Shown: piece after piece, positions 1 through 11,092 of the stretch
How positions within the stretch are numbered: the first letter of the stretch is position 1
Layout of the letters: every line of letters starts with the position of its first letter
Origin: an uncultured Acidimicrobiia bacterium
GTDB lineage: Bacteria > Acidobacteriota > Vicinamibacteria > Vicinamibacterales > UBA2999
DNA length: 64,000 nt
Direction of reading: 5' to 3'
Assembly: GCA_963795125.1 (NCBI GenBank)
Contig: CAWCGQ010000001.1
Span: forward strand, 1,623,024-1,687,023
The notes under the pieces: generated by a model
Seen by the model: the letters and a program-made list of their open reading frames with translations, nothing else
Databases searched by the model: none
Told to the model about the DNA's origin: nothing
Translations under genes and position numbers: made by a program

Positions 1-68
1 TGAACTCCATCTTCTTCGGCGGTTCGATCGGCGCGGCCGGCAGCGACGGGCTTTTCTTGTTCAGCCAT
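1..68 (-). CDS. First 22 codons of the gene downstream of the 2Fe-2S subunit. Probably the FAD- or molybdopterin-binding partner of a xanthine-dehydrogenase-family oxidoreductase. Runs off the window.
   Basis: ATG at 68..66 overlaps the upstream stop (ATGGCTGA), which suggests translational coupling. Only MAEQEKPVAAGRADRTAEEDGV is visible, so the product is inferred from operon logic only. Confidence 0.3.
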   Translation of the reverse strand, partial: MAEQEKPVAAGRADRTAEEDGV

Positions 69-708
69 GACTTATGCCCCCCTCGACAAGTCGGCTGCAA
101 CGCATCATGCAGTCGAGAATCTTGTTGTAGTCGGCGCAGCGGCACAGGTTGCCGGAGATGCCGTGCGCGAGCTGTTCGCGCGTCGGGCTGGGGTTGGTCT
201 TGAGATAGCCGACCGTGGCCATCACGAAGCCGGGCATGCAGAACGCGCACTGGAAGCCCTGGCCGTCGACGACCGCCTGCTGCACCGGGTGCAGCGTGCC
301 GTCGGGCTTGGCGAGGCCTTCGATGCTGACGATCTTCATGCCGCGCACGCTGTGCGTCAGCGTCGAGCACGAATACCGCGGCACATCGTCCACGAGCACG
401 GTGCAGGCGCCGCACTCCGCGCGATCGCAACCGAGCTTGGTGCCGGTGAGACCGAGCTTGTAGCGCAGCGTCGTGGCCAGCGTCTCGTTCTTCAACACGT
501 CGACGCGGCGCTGCTGGCCGTTGATGTCGAGCGTGATGAGACGCTCGACCGCACCGGCCATGCCGTCGTTCTGGCCGGCAATGGTGGTCCGGAAGAGATA
601 GGCGGACGCGGAAACCGTTGCGCCGGCGGCGATCACGCCCTTGATGAAATTACGTCGCGAATGTCCCGGCTGTACGCCCGGAGCATCCGACATGCTCTCT
701 TGACTCAT
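61..708 (-). CDS. (2Fe-2S)-binding small subunit of a xanthine dehydrogenase/aldehyde oxidoreductase-family enzyme, Tat-exported (PaoA/IorA-like)
   Basis: Twin-arginine motif SRRNFIKGVIAAGA. Two cluster motifs: GCDRAECGACTVLVD, and GFQCAFCMPG...NLCRCADY. GGGGGA lies about 9 nt upstream of the ATG at 708. Confidence 0.9.
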   Translation of the reverse strand: MSQESMSDAPGVQPGHSRRNFIKGVIAAGATVSASAYLFRTTIAGQNDGMAGAVERLITLDINGQQRRVDVLKNETLATTLRYKLGLTGTKLGCDRAECGACTVLVDDVPRYSCSTLTHSVRGMKIVSIEGLAKPDGTLHPVQQAVVDGQGFQCAFCMPGFVMATVGYLKTNPSPTREQLAHGISGNLCRCADYNKILDCMMRCSRLVEGGISHG

Positions 709-804
709 AGAGCCATCCCCCAATTTAGGTGCCCGGGTGCCGAAGCTGCCCGGTGCCAAGTGCTTTTTATGTCGTGCGCATAATAACACCACTCGTCATG
801 GCGC

Positions 805-1926
805 CTAATACGATGCAACGGTCGGGTTTCGAGCCTTAAACGATCGTTCTGAACGTCCGACCCGTCCGTCCGCGGCGCGCGTCAGTCGATCGCGAATCGC
901 GCGGGCCAGCCCGTCGCTGCCGAAAGCGCTGGCGAAGATGACGTCCACCCCGGTGGCGTCGAGCGCCCGAATGGCCGCGAACAGCTCCCGGGCCGGCCCG
1001 CTCGACGTCGGCTCGGCTGCCCGAACGGCTGCGACACTCGATCTTGCCTGCCGCCGCGGACGCCGCAATCAGCGGCGCCAGCGCCGTGAGATCCTCCTCC
1101 GGCGCCAGGATGCCGACCCGCGAACCCTGGGCGACCGCCGTCCTGGCCTCGGCCGCGATCCGCTCAACGACCGCGGCCGGCGGACCTTCGAACAGGGTCA
1201 GCGACGCGCGCGGCGCGTAGTGCCGCGTCAGTTGACCCGGCGCGGTCTGCGGTTCGTCAGGATTGGCCTCCCCCGCCTGCACGACACCTCGGGCACGAGC
1301 GACTGCACCTGCTCGAGCGTAATGCCCCCCGGACGCCGCAGGACCGGCGGGTCGACCGAAAAGTCGACGATCGTCGATTCGAGTCCGATGTCGGTGGGGC
1401 CGGCATCGAGGATCAGGTCGACGCGGCCGTCGAGATCCTCGAGCACGTGTGCGGCGGTCGTCGGGCTCGGCCGCGAAAATCGGTTCGCGCTCGGCGCCGC
1501 GATCGGAATGCCGGCCATTTCCATCAACGCCCGCGCCACGCGATGCGACGGGACCCGCACCGCGACGTTCGGCAGGCCCGCGGTCACGCAGATCGGGCAC
1601 GTCAGGTTTCTTCTTCAGGATCAACGTCAGCGGTCCCGCCCAGAACGACAGCGCCAGCTTGCGCGCGCCCGCGCGGCATGCCGACCGCGATCTGATTGAC
1701 CTGGCCGATGTGCGCGATGTGGACGATCAGCGGATCGGTGGCCGGCCGCTCCTTCGCGTCGAAAATCTTCTGCACCGCGTCGCGGATCGAGCGCGTGCGC
1801 GCCGAGACCGTAGACCGTCTCGGTCGGAAACACGACGAGCTTTCCGGCGCGCAGCGCCGCCGCCGCTTCTTCGATGGCGGCCGGATCGGGCCGCGCCGGA
1901 TCGACCTGCAGGACGCGGGTGTTCAT
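805..1926 (-). CDS. tsaC: L-threonylcarbamoyladenylate synthase (Sua5/YwlC/TsaC family). The reading frame is broken about five times in this sequence.
   Basis: N-terminus MNTRVLQVD..KLVVFPTETVYGLGAHAL. This continues in other frames as IRDAVQKIFDAKERPATDPLIVHIA, ARKLALSFWAGPLTLILKKKP, LPNVAVRVPSH..IAAPSANRFSRPSPTTA and QLTRHYAP. The 3' end is uncertain. Confidence 0.8.
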
Positions 1927-1960
1927 CGACTTGTGCCCTCGGTGCCCCGGTTCGGGATTT

Positions 1961-3010
1961 TCAGACATGTCCGATGCCAATCAGCAATTGAATCACGCGA
2001 CTGTAGCTTTGGATGCCCTCTTCGACGCCCTGCGACTTCAACATCTGATCGTAGGTCGACCACGCCGCGCGTTCGACCGGCCGCACCAGTGCCTTGAGCC
2101 GTTCGCGAATCGCGTCCTGATCCTGGCGCGGACCGGCTGCGAGTTTCTCCAGGACCAGGCGCTGCGTCACCGGCTGCAACTGGCTGGTCGCCTCGGAGAC
2201 GAGATCGAGCCACACGCTGTACTCGGCGGCCGGCCCGGCGCGCAGCGCCGCCAGCAGACCGATGAAACTGGCGTCGGACTCCGGCGCATAGCCCGGCGAG
2301 ATGCGCCCATTCGTGCGCGAGCACGGCGGGACGTTCGGGCCCGGTCAGATCCGGATTCAGCAGCGTCTCGAGAAAGAACGGCCCGAGCTGCCCGCTCACG
2401 CCCGAGGCGCGATAGAACGGCGTGAACAGCGACCACTTCGGCGTGGCCATGATCGTCGGATCGGCGGCCGTCCGAACTCGCGCTCGACCTGGTGCAACGC
2501 CTCGATCAGGCGCGGCGGCGAATCGGTGATCGCCGGAAAGCCGGCGGCGTGTCCCGCGGCGTAGGTCCTGTTGGCGCGATCGACGGCGTGCTCGGCGAGC
2601 GCACGCACCGCCTCCGGCGTGATGCGCGACGCGTCGAACGGCGATCTGCGATTCAAGCGGCGGGCGCGCGTAGTTCAGTCCCCACGCGGCCAGAAACCAG
2701 AGGTAGACGACCGCCAGCAGCGTCAGCGTCGCGGCGAGTCCGCGCGCCAGCGATCGCATCGCGTGCCCCTTGCGCGCGAGACGAATCGACCAGAGCCAGA
2801 TGCCGATCGCGACGAGCGCGAAGCGACGATCGCGACATCGAACAGCGCGATCGGCGATCGATTCGATAGCGCGGTGAGATTCGCCTGGAGGATGGGATAG
2901 ATCCAGTGCGCGTACCAGCGTTCGACCACGAGCGCGCCCGGCGGGGCGACCGCGAGGGCGATCGCCGCGACCACGAGGCCCGCTCGAACAAGGACCGATG
3001 CTCTCTTCAC
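1961..3010 (-). CDS. DUF3810-family membrane protein (putative zinc metalloprotease, HEWAH motif), with several frame breaks
   Basis: Fragments in three frames: VKRASVLVRAGLVVAAIALAV.., LTLLAVVYLWFLAAWGLNYARPPL, and ATPKWSLFTPFYRASGVSGQLGPFFLETLLNP..VLAHEWAHLAG. C-terminus is ..SYSRVIQLLIGIGHV. GTG at 3010; an alternative start is 3052. Confidence 0.65.
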
Positions 3011-3091
3011 GCGGGCACTGTTGGCGTCGGAGTGAACGCGCGCCGGTCTCACGCGCTGTGACCGATCGCGTCCGGATCACAAAAAGGGGGT

Positions 3092-3168
3092 TGGTCGGGA
3101 TGCCGAGATTCGAACTCGGGACCTCCTGCACCCCAAGCAGGCGCGCTACCAGGCTACGCTACATCCCG
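3092..3168 (-). tRNA. tRNA-Pro (anticodon GGG), CCA encoded
   Basis: Reverse complement reads CGGGATGTAGCGTAGCCTGGTAGCGCGCCTGCTTGGGGTGCAGGAGGTCCCGAGTTCGAATCTCGGCATCCCGACCA. Anticodon stem CCTGC/GCAGG with loop TTGGGGT; T-arm GGTTCGAATCC-like. Confidence 0.9.
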
Positions 3169-3233
3169 TCGGGCAGTTCACAGTTTACCGTTAACGGTTG
3201 ATATTTGCAGCCAAGAGTTCAGGGTCGCCGCCC

Positions 3234-3675
3234 CTACTTCTTGGATTTGGCCTTCGGCGCCGGCTTCTTCTTCGGCGCCGGTGCGGCGACCAGGCGCAGT
3301 TCCGGCTGCCGATTCGCCGTCCCTCGACAGCAAGTCCGAGAATCGACTGCAGCCCGGTTCTCACCTGGCGCAGCCGCTCGCGGACGCGGCCGTCCAGCAT
3401 GTCCTCGACCACCGACCGACGGCCGGCTCGGCTCGCCGTCCTCCTCCAGCCGCCGCCGCGCGCCGGACAGGGTCAGGCCTTCGTCGAACACCAGCTGCTT
3501 GATGCGCAGGACGAGATCGACATCGGACCGCCGATAGAGCCGCGGTCCGCCGCCGGCCGGCGACCTGGCCGATCTGCGGAAACTCCGCTTCCCACGACCG
3601 CAACACGTACGGCTGAACCTGCACCACTTCGCAGACTTCCGCGGCCTTGAAGAGCTCGCGTTTCGGTGCCGCCAC
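3234..3675 (-). CDS. MerR-family transcriptional regulator with a Lys/Pro-rich tail; about two frame breaks
   Basis: GTG start. N-terminal HTH FKAAEVCEVVQVQPYVLRSWEAEFPQI, then in another frame GGGPRLYRRSDVDLVLRIKQLVFDEGLTLSGARRRLEE. Tail is APAPKKKPAPKAKSKK. Confidence 0.7.
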
Positions 3676-3709
3676 GGTGGGAAGTATAACCGTTCGACTC
3701 GCGACCGCA

Positions 3710-5286
3710 TCAGCCTACCGCTTGCCGCGTTTCGCCGCCGATTCGGCGCCGCGCCGCGCGGGCCGCGCGTGTTTGGTGCTCGCGCTTGGTGCCGCGCTTG
3801 ACGCCACGCTTGGCGTCGCGGACGCGCTCACCGCGCGTCGGCTGCGAGCCGGGCCCCTTCTTCACGGGCTTGCGCCGCTCGGGCGCCCGCTCGGAGGCGG
3901 TCTTGCGTTCCTTGCGCGAGTCCGGCCGGCCGCGCACCTGGATGCGAATCGGGTTGCCGAAAAAGCCGTAGGTCTCGCGCAGCCGGTTCTCGAGGAACCG
4001 CTCGTACGAAAAATGCAGCTTGGTCTGCGCGTTGGTGAACAGCACGAACGTCGGCGGCGCCACGCTGGTCTGCGACGCGTACATCACGCGCACGTTGCGC
4101 TTGCCGGCCGTGACCGGCGGCGACTGCGGTCGTGATCTTCTCGATGAATCGATTGAGCTCGCCGGTCGGCACCCGGCTGCGCCCGGCCGCCGCGACCTTG
4201 TCGACCACCTCGAGCAGCTTGGGCGTGCGCTCGCCGGTGGCCGCGGAAATGTGCAGGATCGGCGCGAAGTCCAGGAACTTCAGCTGATAGCGAAGGTTCT
4301 CGTCGAACATCTTGGACGCGCCCTCGCCCTGGTCCTTCATCAGGTCCCACTTGTTGGCGGCGACGATCACGCCGCGCCCGGCGTCCTTCGCCGCGCCGGC
4401 GATGGCGCCGTCCTGATCGGTCGGGCCGACCGTCGCATCGATCACCAGCACGACCACGTCGGCGCGCTCGATCGCGCGCCGCGCGAGCAGCACGCTGATC
4501 GATTCGATCTGCGACTTCGACACCTTGCCCGGCTTGCGAATGCCCGGCGGTATCGACGATGCGAAAGGTGCGGCTGTGCCACTGCAACAACGAATCCACC
4601 GAGTCGCGCGTCGTCCCCGGCATCTCGGACACGATCATGCGATCCTCGCGCAGCAATCGATTGACGAGCGACGACTTGCCGGCGTTGGGACGGCCGACAA
4701 TGGCGATCGCGGTTTCGGCGAGATCCGGGTGCGTCGGGTGCGTCGGGTGCATCGGGGGCGTCGAGCGGGTCCGCTTCGATGCCGAGCTTCTCGACGATGA
4801 CCTCCAGCAGGTCGCCGACGCCGTCGCCGTGCTCGGCGCTGATGTGGACGACCGTGTCGAAGCCGAGACGATACAGTTCGAGCGCCACCAGCGCGGGCGC
4901 GCCGATCGTCGGTCTTGTTGATCGCGAGAATCACCGGCACGCCGGCGTCGCGCGTGGCCTTGGCGATGTCTTCGTCGCCCGGGATCAACCCCTCGCGGCC
5001 ATCGACCACCATGACAATCAGATCGGCGGACTTCAGCGCGCGGGCGCCCTGCTCCTTGACGAGCTCGTGAAGCGGATCCTCACTGGCGCCGAACAAGCCG
5101 CCGGTATCGGTGAGGTCGAAGTGATAGCGCTCCCACGTCACGGGATGCGTGATCACGTCGCGCGTGGTCCCGGCGATCGACGTTGACGATCGAGCGCCTG
5201 GCACCGCTCAAACGATTGAACAGCGTCGACTTACCGACGTTCGGTCGACCGACCAATACGACTCGACGAAGTTCCGCGCGCGCCAT
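3710..5286 (-). CDS. der: Ribosome-biogenesis GTPase Der (EngA), two GTPase domains plus a KH-like C-terminus; at least five frame breaks
   Basis: G1 motifs VVLVGRPNVGKSTLFNRL and IAIVGRPNAGKSSLVNRL, plus DTGG/DTAG and NKxD (INKTD, ANKWD). C-terminal VAPPTFVLFTNAQTKLHFSYERFLENRLRE. The pieces lie in ORFs 5080..5487, 4635..5204, 4442..4888, 4084..4752, 3828..4523 and 3710..4093. Confidence 0.9.
4727..4762. repeat. Four tandem 9-nt units (GGGTGCGTC-like) inside the der inter-domain linker
   Basis: GGGTGCGTC GGGTGCGTC GGGTGCATC GGGGGCGTC. On the coding strand this encodes (DAP)n or (HPT)n depending on frame. A frame break sits at the repeat edge. Confidence 0.8.
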
Positions 5287-5389
5287 GCGCGCCTCTATAT
5301 TACTGGCGCTTAAAGGGGTTGCGCGGCGAGAAGCGGCCACAAATGCACATCGCTGCCGATAAATACATCCATACAAAGCACTTATCAGT

Positions 5390-5418
5390 TTGACAGCGTA
5401 AGTCCCCTTGTTTAAGAT
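5390..5418 (+). promoter_or_regulatory. Candidate sigma70-type promoter for the HU/IHF gene
   Basis: TTGACA (5390..5395), a 17-nt spacer, then TAAGAT (5413..5418), in an AT-enriched divergent intergenic region. The ATG at 5435 would leave a very short leader. Confidence 0.4.
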
Positions 5419-5434
5419 AGTTACAGACAAAGCA

Positions 5435-5704
5435 ATGATCAAGGTGGACATCGTGAACGAGGTCTCACGGGTGGCGGACGTCACCAAAGTGAAGGCCGAG
5501 CTGGCGGTCGATGCCGTTTTCGAGGCGATGCGTCACTCGATGCAGCGCGGCGAACGCATTGAGCTGCGCGGGTTTGGCGTGTTCCAGGTGAAGCCCCGCA
5601 AGCGCGGCATCGGCCGTAACCCTCGCACCGGCAAGGAAGTGCGCATTCCGCCCGGCCGCACCATCCGCTTCAAGCCCGGCAAGGAACTCCAGAACATCGG
5701 GTAA
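5435..5704 (+). CDS. HU/IHF-family nucleoid-associated DNA-binding protein
   Basis: MIKVDIVNEVS..AVDAVFEAM..GERIELRGFGVFQVKPRKRGIGRNPRTGKEVRIPPGRTIRFKPGKEL is the canonical beta-arm RNPxTGE motif. An upstream TTG at 5408 is an alternative start. Confidence 0.85.
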   Translation: MIKVDIVNEVSRVADVTKVKAELAVDAVFEAMRHSMQRGERIELRGFGVFQVKPRKRGIGRNPRTGKEVRIPPGRTIRFKPGKELQNIG

Positions 5705-5715
5705 GCTCGGGTAAG

Positions 5716-6982
5716 TTGCCTTCCGACGATCCCAACGACCACTACGAGCAGTTCATTCCGAAGCCGCTGCCGCCCCGCACGGCCGGCTGCTGGGTGCAGC
5801 TCGTGCTGCTCGGCGCTGACGCTGTGCATCGACGACGTTCGTCGGCGGCTGTCACTACTACATCTTCACGCTCGATCTCGCGACCGCCGGAAGTCCGCCA
5901 AGGGGCAATCGGCCCGTCGCTGACGCGCTGTTCGAGCCAGCCGATGTTCTACGTGCGCGGCCTCTGGTACAGCCTGACGATCCTCGCGATCCTCGGCTGC
6001 CACGAGATGGGCCACTACATCGCGTGCCTGCGCTACGGCGTGGTCGCGACGCGACCGTACTTTCTGCCGGCGCCGGTGCTGCTGACCGGCACGCTCGGCG
6101 CGTTCATCCGCATCAAGTCGCGCATCCCCAACAAGACGGCGCTGTTCGACATCGGCATCGCCGGCCCGCTCGCGGGATTCGTCGTCGCGGTGCCGGCGCT
6201 GTTCCTCGGGCTGATGCTGTCGCGGGTCGATCGCCTGCCGGCCGATCAGTCGCGGACTGATCGAGCTCGGCGAGCCGCTGCTGTTCAAGTTCGCGGCGTG
6301 GCTGGTCTGGGGCGACGTCGCCGACGGCTACTCGATCAACATGCACCCGATGGCGTTCGCGGCGTGGTTCGGCCTGCTCGCCACCGCGCTCAATCTGTTT
6401 CCGATCGCGCAGCTCGATGGCGGCCACATTTCCTACGCCGTGCTCGGCGCGCGCTCGACCATCATCACCATCGTCATGGTCGGCGTCGCGATCGCGCTGT
6501 CCTTCTTCTCGTCGAGCTGGATCGCCTGGACGGTGCTGCTGCTGGTGATGATCTTCACGCTCGGCCCGCGGCATCCGCCGACGCTCTACGACGATGAGCC
6601 GCTCGACCGGGGCCGCGTCCTGCTGGCGGCGGTCGCGATGATCATCCTGGTGCTGTGCTTCACGCCGGCGCCGATCGGGCCGTTCCTGGCGGGCGATCCG
6701 CGGCGCGCGGTCTACAGCATCGACAGCGGATCGACGTCGATCGAGATCCGCTTGGCGAGCGACGGCTTGCGCGACGGCGGCCAGTTGCAGCGCCTCTCGC
6801 ATCGCCTTGCGGCTGGTTGCCCTTCAGGAAGAACTGCGCGCGGTGTTCGCCGCGCAGCTTGGTCAGCGGCGCCGGCGCGGGCCCGAGAATCACGAACCCC
6901 TGGCCGCCGCGCGCCGCATCGGCCAGGTCGCGCGCCGCGTCCATCGCCTCCGCAAACGTCTTGCCGCGCACGACGACGTTGA
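5716..6982 (+). CDS. Site-2 protease (peptidase M50) family membrane metalloprotease, with about three frame breaks and an unresolved 3' end
   Basis: HEMGHY zinc motif; FIRIKSRIPNKTALFDIGIAGPLAGF; NLFPIAQLDGGHI. Homology-like sequence ends near 6700 (..LCFTPAPIGPF). No stop occurs in any plus frame until 6980..6982, so the last ~270 nt, which overlap priA, are doubtful. Confidence 0.7.
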
Positions 6983-9003
6983 CCATCGCGACCTGCGGCG
7001 GGTAGCGCATCACGCGCCGGAACTCGATTTCCTTGTCGTAGAACGCGCGGTAGTCCTGCGCGCACGCCAGCTTGATGCTGTAGTGCTGCGGCAGCAGCGA
7101 CTGGATGATCGCCTCGCCGGGCCGCTCGCCGCGCCCGGCGCGGCCCGCCACCTGCGTCAGCAGCTGGAAGGTGCGCTCGGCCGATCGAAAGTCGGCGAGG
7201 CCGAGACCGACATCCGCCGAAATCACGCCGACCAGCGTGCAATGCGGGAAAGTCGTGGCCCTTGGCGATCATCTGCGTGCCGATCAGGATGTCGATCTCG
7301 CGCGCCGCCACCCTCGCGAGCGTTTCGACCAGGCTGCCCTTGCGCCGCACGGTGTCGCGATCGACGCGCGCGATTCGCGCCGCGGGAAACGCCTCGCGAA
7401 TCTCGGCCTCGACGCGCTCGGTGCCGAAGCCGACGCGCTCCATGTACGGCGCCGCGCACACCTCGCAGGTCTTCGGCACCGGTCTTGATGAAGTTGCAGT
7501 AGTGACAGCGGGCCCGCCAGCCCGCGCCGTCGGCGTTCCGGCCGGGCAGCGAATGGATGGTCAGGCTGATGCTGCAGTTCGGGCACTCGAGCGTCGCGGT
7601 GCATTGCCGGCACACCACCGCGGTCGCAAAGCCGCGGCGGTTCAGCAGCATCAGCGACTGCTCGCCGCGCTGCGAGCCGGTCGCCGATGCCGTCGACGCA
7701 GCGGTCGGCTCAGCACCACGTCCTCGCCGGCCGCGGCGATCTCGTCGCGCATGTTCACGACGCTGACGCTCGCCAGCGGCCGGTCGAGCACGCGCTTGTT
7801 CATCGTCACCAGCGTGTACTTGCCGTCGAGCGCGTTGGCGTACGACTCGATCGTCGGCGTCGCCGAGCCGATCACCACCAGCGCGTCGGCGAACTTGCCG
7901 CGCATGATCGCGACGTCGCGGCCGTGATAGCGCGGCGTTTCGTCCTGCTTGTAGGAGGTGTCGTGCTCTTCGTCGACGATGATCAGTCCGGGATTGGCCA
8001 GCGGCGCGAACACCGCCGAGCGCGTGCCGATCACCACGTCGACGTCGCCGCGGCGGATGCGATGCCACTGATCGTGGCGCTCGCCGTCGGACAGGCCGCT
8101 GTGCTGAATCGCGACCGACTGGCCGAACCGCGCGCGAAACAGCGCCGCCACCTGCGGCGTCAGCGCGATCTCCGGCACCAGCATCAGCACGCCGCGGCCC
8201 GCGCGGCGCACCGCGTCGGCCAGCCGCAGGTAGACCTCGGTCTTGCCGCTGCCGGTGACGCCGTGGATCAGCGCGACGTGGAATGCGCGGGCGGCGGCCA
8301 GCGGCAGCAGCTGGTCGAGCGCGGCCTGTTGCTCGTCGGTCGGCCTCGCGATCGGCCGTGCGGGCGGATCGCCGACACCGCGTGCTCGAACGGATCGCGA
8401 TCGACGCGCTCGTCCCGGATCGCCACCAGGCCCAGGGCCTTGAGCCGCGTCAACGCCGCGCCGGCAATGCCGCGCTCGGCCAGCGCGGGCACCGTCAGTC
8501 CGTCGGCCGCGCCGGTCAGCAGATGCAGCGCCTCGGCCTGCCGCTGGCCGAGGCGTGCGCCGTCGCGTGGGCGCCGGGGCCGGACGCGCGCGACTGCCCG
8601 GCGCCTCGCGCTGTGCGCCGCCAGGCGCTCGGCGGCGTCGAGGCCGGCGGCGGTCAGCGCCGCGATCGCGCACCGTCTTGAATCGATCGGTCCGCGCGGT
8701 CAGGCCGTGCGGCGGCAAGGCCGCGGCCAGCGTCGCGCCGGGTCCGGCGAGGTAGTACTCGGACACCCACTGCGTGAGCTTGATGACGTCGGGCGGCACG
8801 AACGCGTGATCGTCGACCACGCGCTTGATCGGCTTGATGGTGTAGGCGGTGTCGGCGGCCGCGGCCTCGCCGAGCACGACGCCGGTCAGCGTGCGCGGAC
8901 CGATCGGCACGACGACGCGCGCGCCGGCCGCGGGCATCGGCTGATCGTCGGGCACGCGATAGGTGAGCAGGCCGAGCGCGGGCACCGGCACCGCGACGGA
9001 CAC
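6712..9003 (-). CDS. priA: Primosomal replication-restart helicase PriA; about seven frame breaks
   Basis: GTG start. Walker A LIHGVTGSGKTEVYL; DEEHD; zinc-binding region CRQCTATLECPNCSISLTIH..RCHYCNF..CEVCAAP; GTQMIAKGHDFP; LLTQVAGRAGRGERPGEAIIQS. The pieces are spread over six listed ORFs. Confidence 0.9.
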
Positions 9004-9043
9004 GAGACGCTGGCTGACGTCGGAGAGCGGAGTGCCGATGGCC

Positions 9044-9774
9044 TTACGCCTCGGCTTGCAGGATCTCGCGAACCTTCTTCATGTCTTCCCACACTTCGCG
9101 CTTGGCCGACGGATTGCGCAGCAGGTAGGCCGGGATGGAAGGTCGGAATCAGCATGGCGCCGCGATAGTCGAACTGCCGGCCGCGCAGCTTGGTGATCGG
9201 ATCCATCGTCTTCAGCAGCGACTGCGCCGCGAACTTGCCGAGCGGCACGATCACCCGTCGGCTGGATCACGTCGATCTGCCGGAACAGGAACGGCTCGCA
9301 CGTCGCGACTTCGTCCGGCTCGGGATTGCGATTGGCCGGCGGCCGGCACTTGATCACGTTGGCGATGTAGACCTGCTCGCGCGACAGTCCGATCGCCTCG
9401 ATGATCTTGGTCAGCAGCTGCCCGGCGCGCCCGACGAACGGCTCGCCGCGCTTGTCTTCTTCTTCGCCCGGCGCCTCGCCGACGAACATCAGCCGCGCCT
9501 TCGGATGGCCCACGCCGAACACGATCTGCGTGCGGCCGAGCGCGCACAGCTTGCAGCGCATGCAGGCCGGGCCGATTTCAGTGTGGATGTCGTCGAGGGT
9601 CTCGGCGTCGGTCCGGCGTGAGCCGGACGCCGACTGGCGAGTCGCCGTGGCGAGCATCGACGGGCTGCTGCCAGGCAGCCATCGGCGCGATTGCGCCACT
9701 GCGGATCGCGGCTGACGCCGGTCGACACCGATCTCGGAAAAGTACTTGAGGTGATCCGCGAGCTCTCGGGACAT
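9044..9774 (-). CDS. Uracil-DNA glycosylase, family 4; one or two frame breaks
   Basis: [66 protein letters not shown], then [31 protein letters not shown] after the frame change. Confidence 0.85.
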
Positions 9775-9780
9775 GCGCGA

Positions 9781-11092
9781 TCAGGCCTTGAGCGGCGCGT
9801 GTCTTGCGCCGGGCACGGCGACCAGGAACTGCTCGATGCGATCGAGGATGCGCGCCGCGACGGCGCTCTTCGCCTGCAGCGGGAGGTCCTCGGCGCCGGC
9901 CGCGGAGACCAGCGTCACCGCGTTGGTGTCGACGTCGAAGCCGGCATCCGGCCGCGACACGTCGTTGGCGACGATCAGGTCGGCGGCCTTCTGCCGCAGC
10001 TTCGCTGTGCGCGTACGCCACCACGTCGCTGGTCTCGGCGGCGAAGCCGACCAGCACCGGCAGGCCCTGCCGGCGCGACGGCAGCCTGCCGAGCTCGCCG
10101 AGAATGTCCTTGGTGCGGTGCAAGCGTGATGGTCAGCGGACCGTCGACCTTCTTGACCTTCTGCGCGGCCGGCTCGGCCGGCGTGTAGTCGGCCACCGCC
10201 GCGGACATCACGATCACGTCCTGTCCGCCGTCCGCTCCATCACCGCCGCATGCATGTCGGCGGCGCTGCGCACCTTGACGAGCGTCGGCGCCATGCGGCG
10301 CGGCTCAGGTGCGTCGGTCCGCTCACCAGCGTCACCGACGGCGCCGCGGCGCAGCGCCTCGGCCGCCAGCGCGTAGCCCATGCGGCCGCTCGACCGATTG
10401 CCGACGAAGCGCACCGGGTCGATGTCCTCGAACGTCGGGCCGGCGCGTAATCAGCACGCTGCGGCCGGCCAGCGTCGACGACGTCCGCTCGCGCGCAGCA
10501 GCTGCTCCGGCGACGCTGACCACGTCCTCGGGCTCGGCCAGCCGGCCCTTGCCAATCCAGCCGCACGCCAGGTAGCCGGAGCCCGGATCGACGACGTGCA
10601 CGCCGCGCGCGATCAGCGTCTCGAGGTTCTTCGCCACCGCCGGATGTTCGAACATGTTGGTGTTCATCGCCGGCGCGATCATCACCGGCGCGCGCGTCGC
10701 GGTGTAGAGCGACGACAGGAAGTCATCGGCCAGGCCGTTGGCGAACTTGCCGATGGTGTTGGCGGTGGCCGGCGCGACCAGCAGCAGGTCGATGGTCGAC
10801 GCGATCGCGATGTGCTCGATGTCGGCGTTGGCGCCGGGCTGGTACTGATCGGTGATCACCGCGCGGCGGGTGATCGCCTCGAAGGTCAGCGCGCCGACGA
10901 ACTTCTCGGCCGACCGCGTCATCACGGCCACGACCTCGTGCCCGTTGCTGTCTGCAGCCCGCGCGCGATTTCGACCGCCTTGTAGGCGCCGATGCCGCCG
11001 GTCACGCCGAGTGCAATGAATGCCATCGACTGGTCGACGACTGGCCTCTGCGCGCGAACGGACCGGATGATGTCTTCCGCGAGCGGCGTCAT
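9781..11092 (-). CDS. coaBC: Bifunctional phosphopantothenoylcysteine decarboxylase / phosphopantothenate-cysteine ligase; at least five frame breaks
   Basis: [20 protein letters not shown]; [21 protein letters not shown]; [13 protein letters not shown]; [19 protein letters not shown]; [16 protein letters not shown]; [11 protein letters not shown]. The start ATG overlaps the gmk stop (ATGA). Confidence 0.9.

Noticed and set aside
3169-3233. Integration hotspot or genomic island next to tRNA-Pro. This includes the 12-bp palindrome ACCGTTAACGGT at 3187..3198.
   Set aside because: There is no integrase, no direct repeat of the tRNA 3' end, and no compositional shift. The flanking genes are housekeeping. 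The palindrome sits in the likely tRNA promoter region, and I cannot assign it a function.
11025-11092. A missing rpoZ, or a 22-codon mini-gene, between gmk and coaBC
   Set aside because: [22 protein letters not shown] is in frame with, and contiguous to, the coaBC N-terminus ([16 protein letters not shown]). Its ATG overlaps the gmk stop. I treat it as the coaBC N-terminal extension; rpoZ is simply not at this locus.
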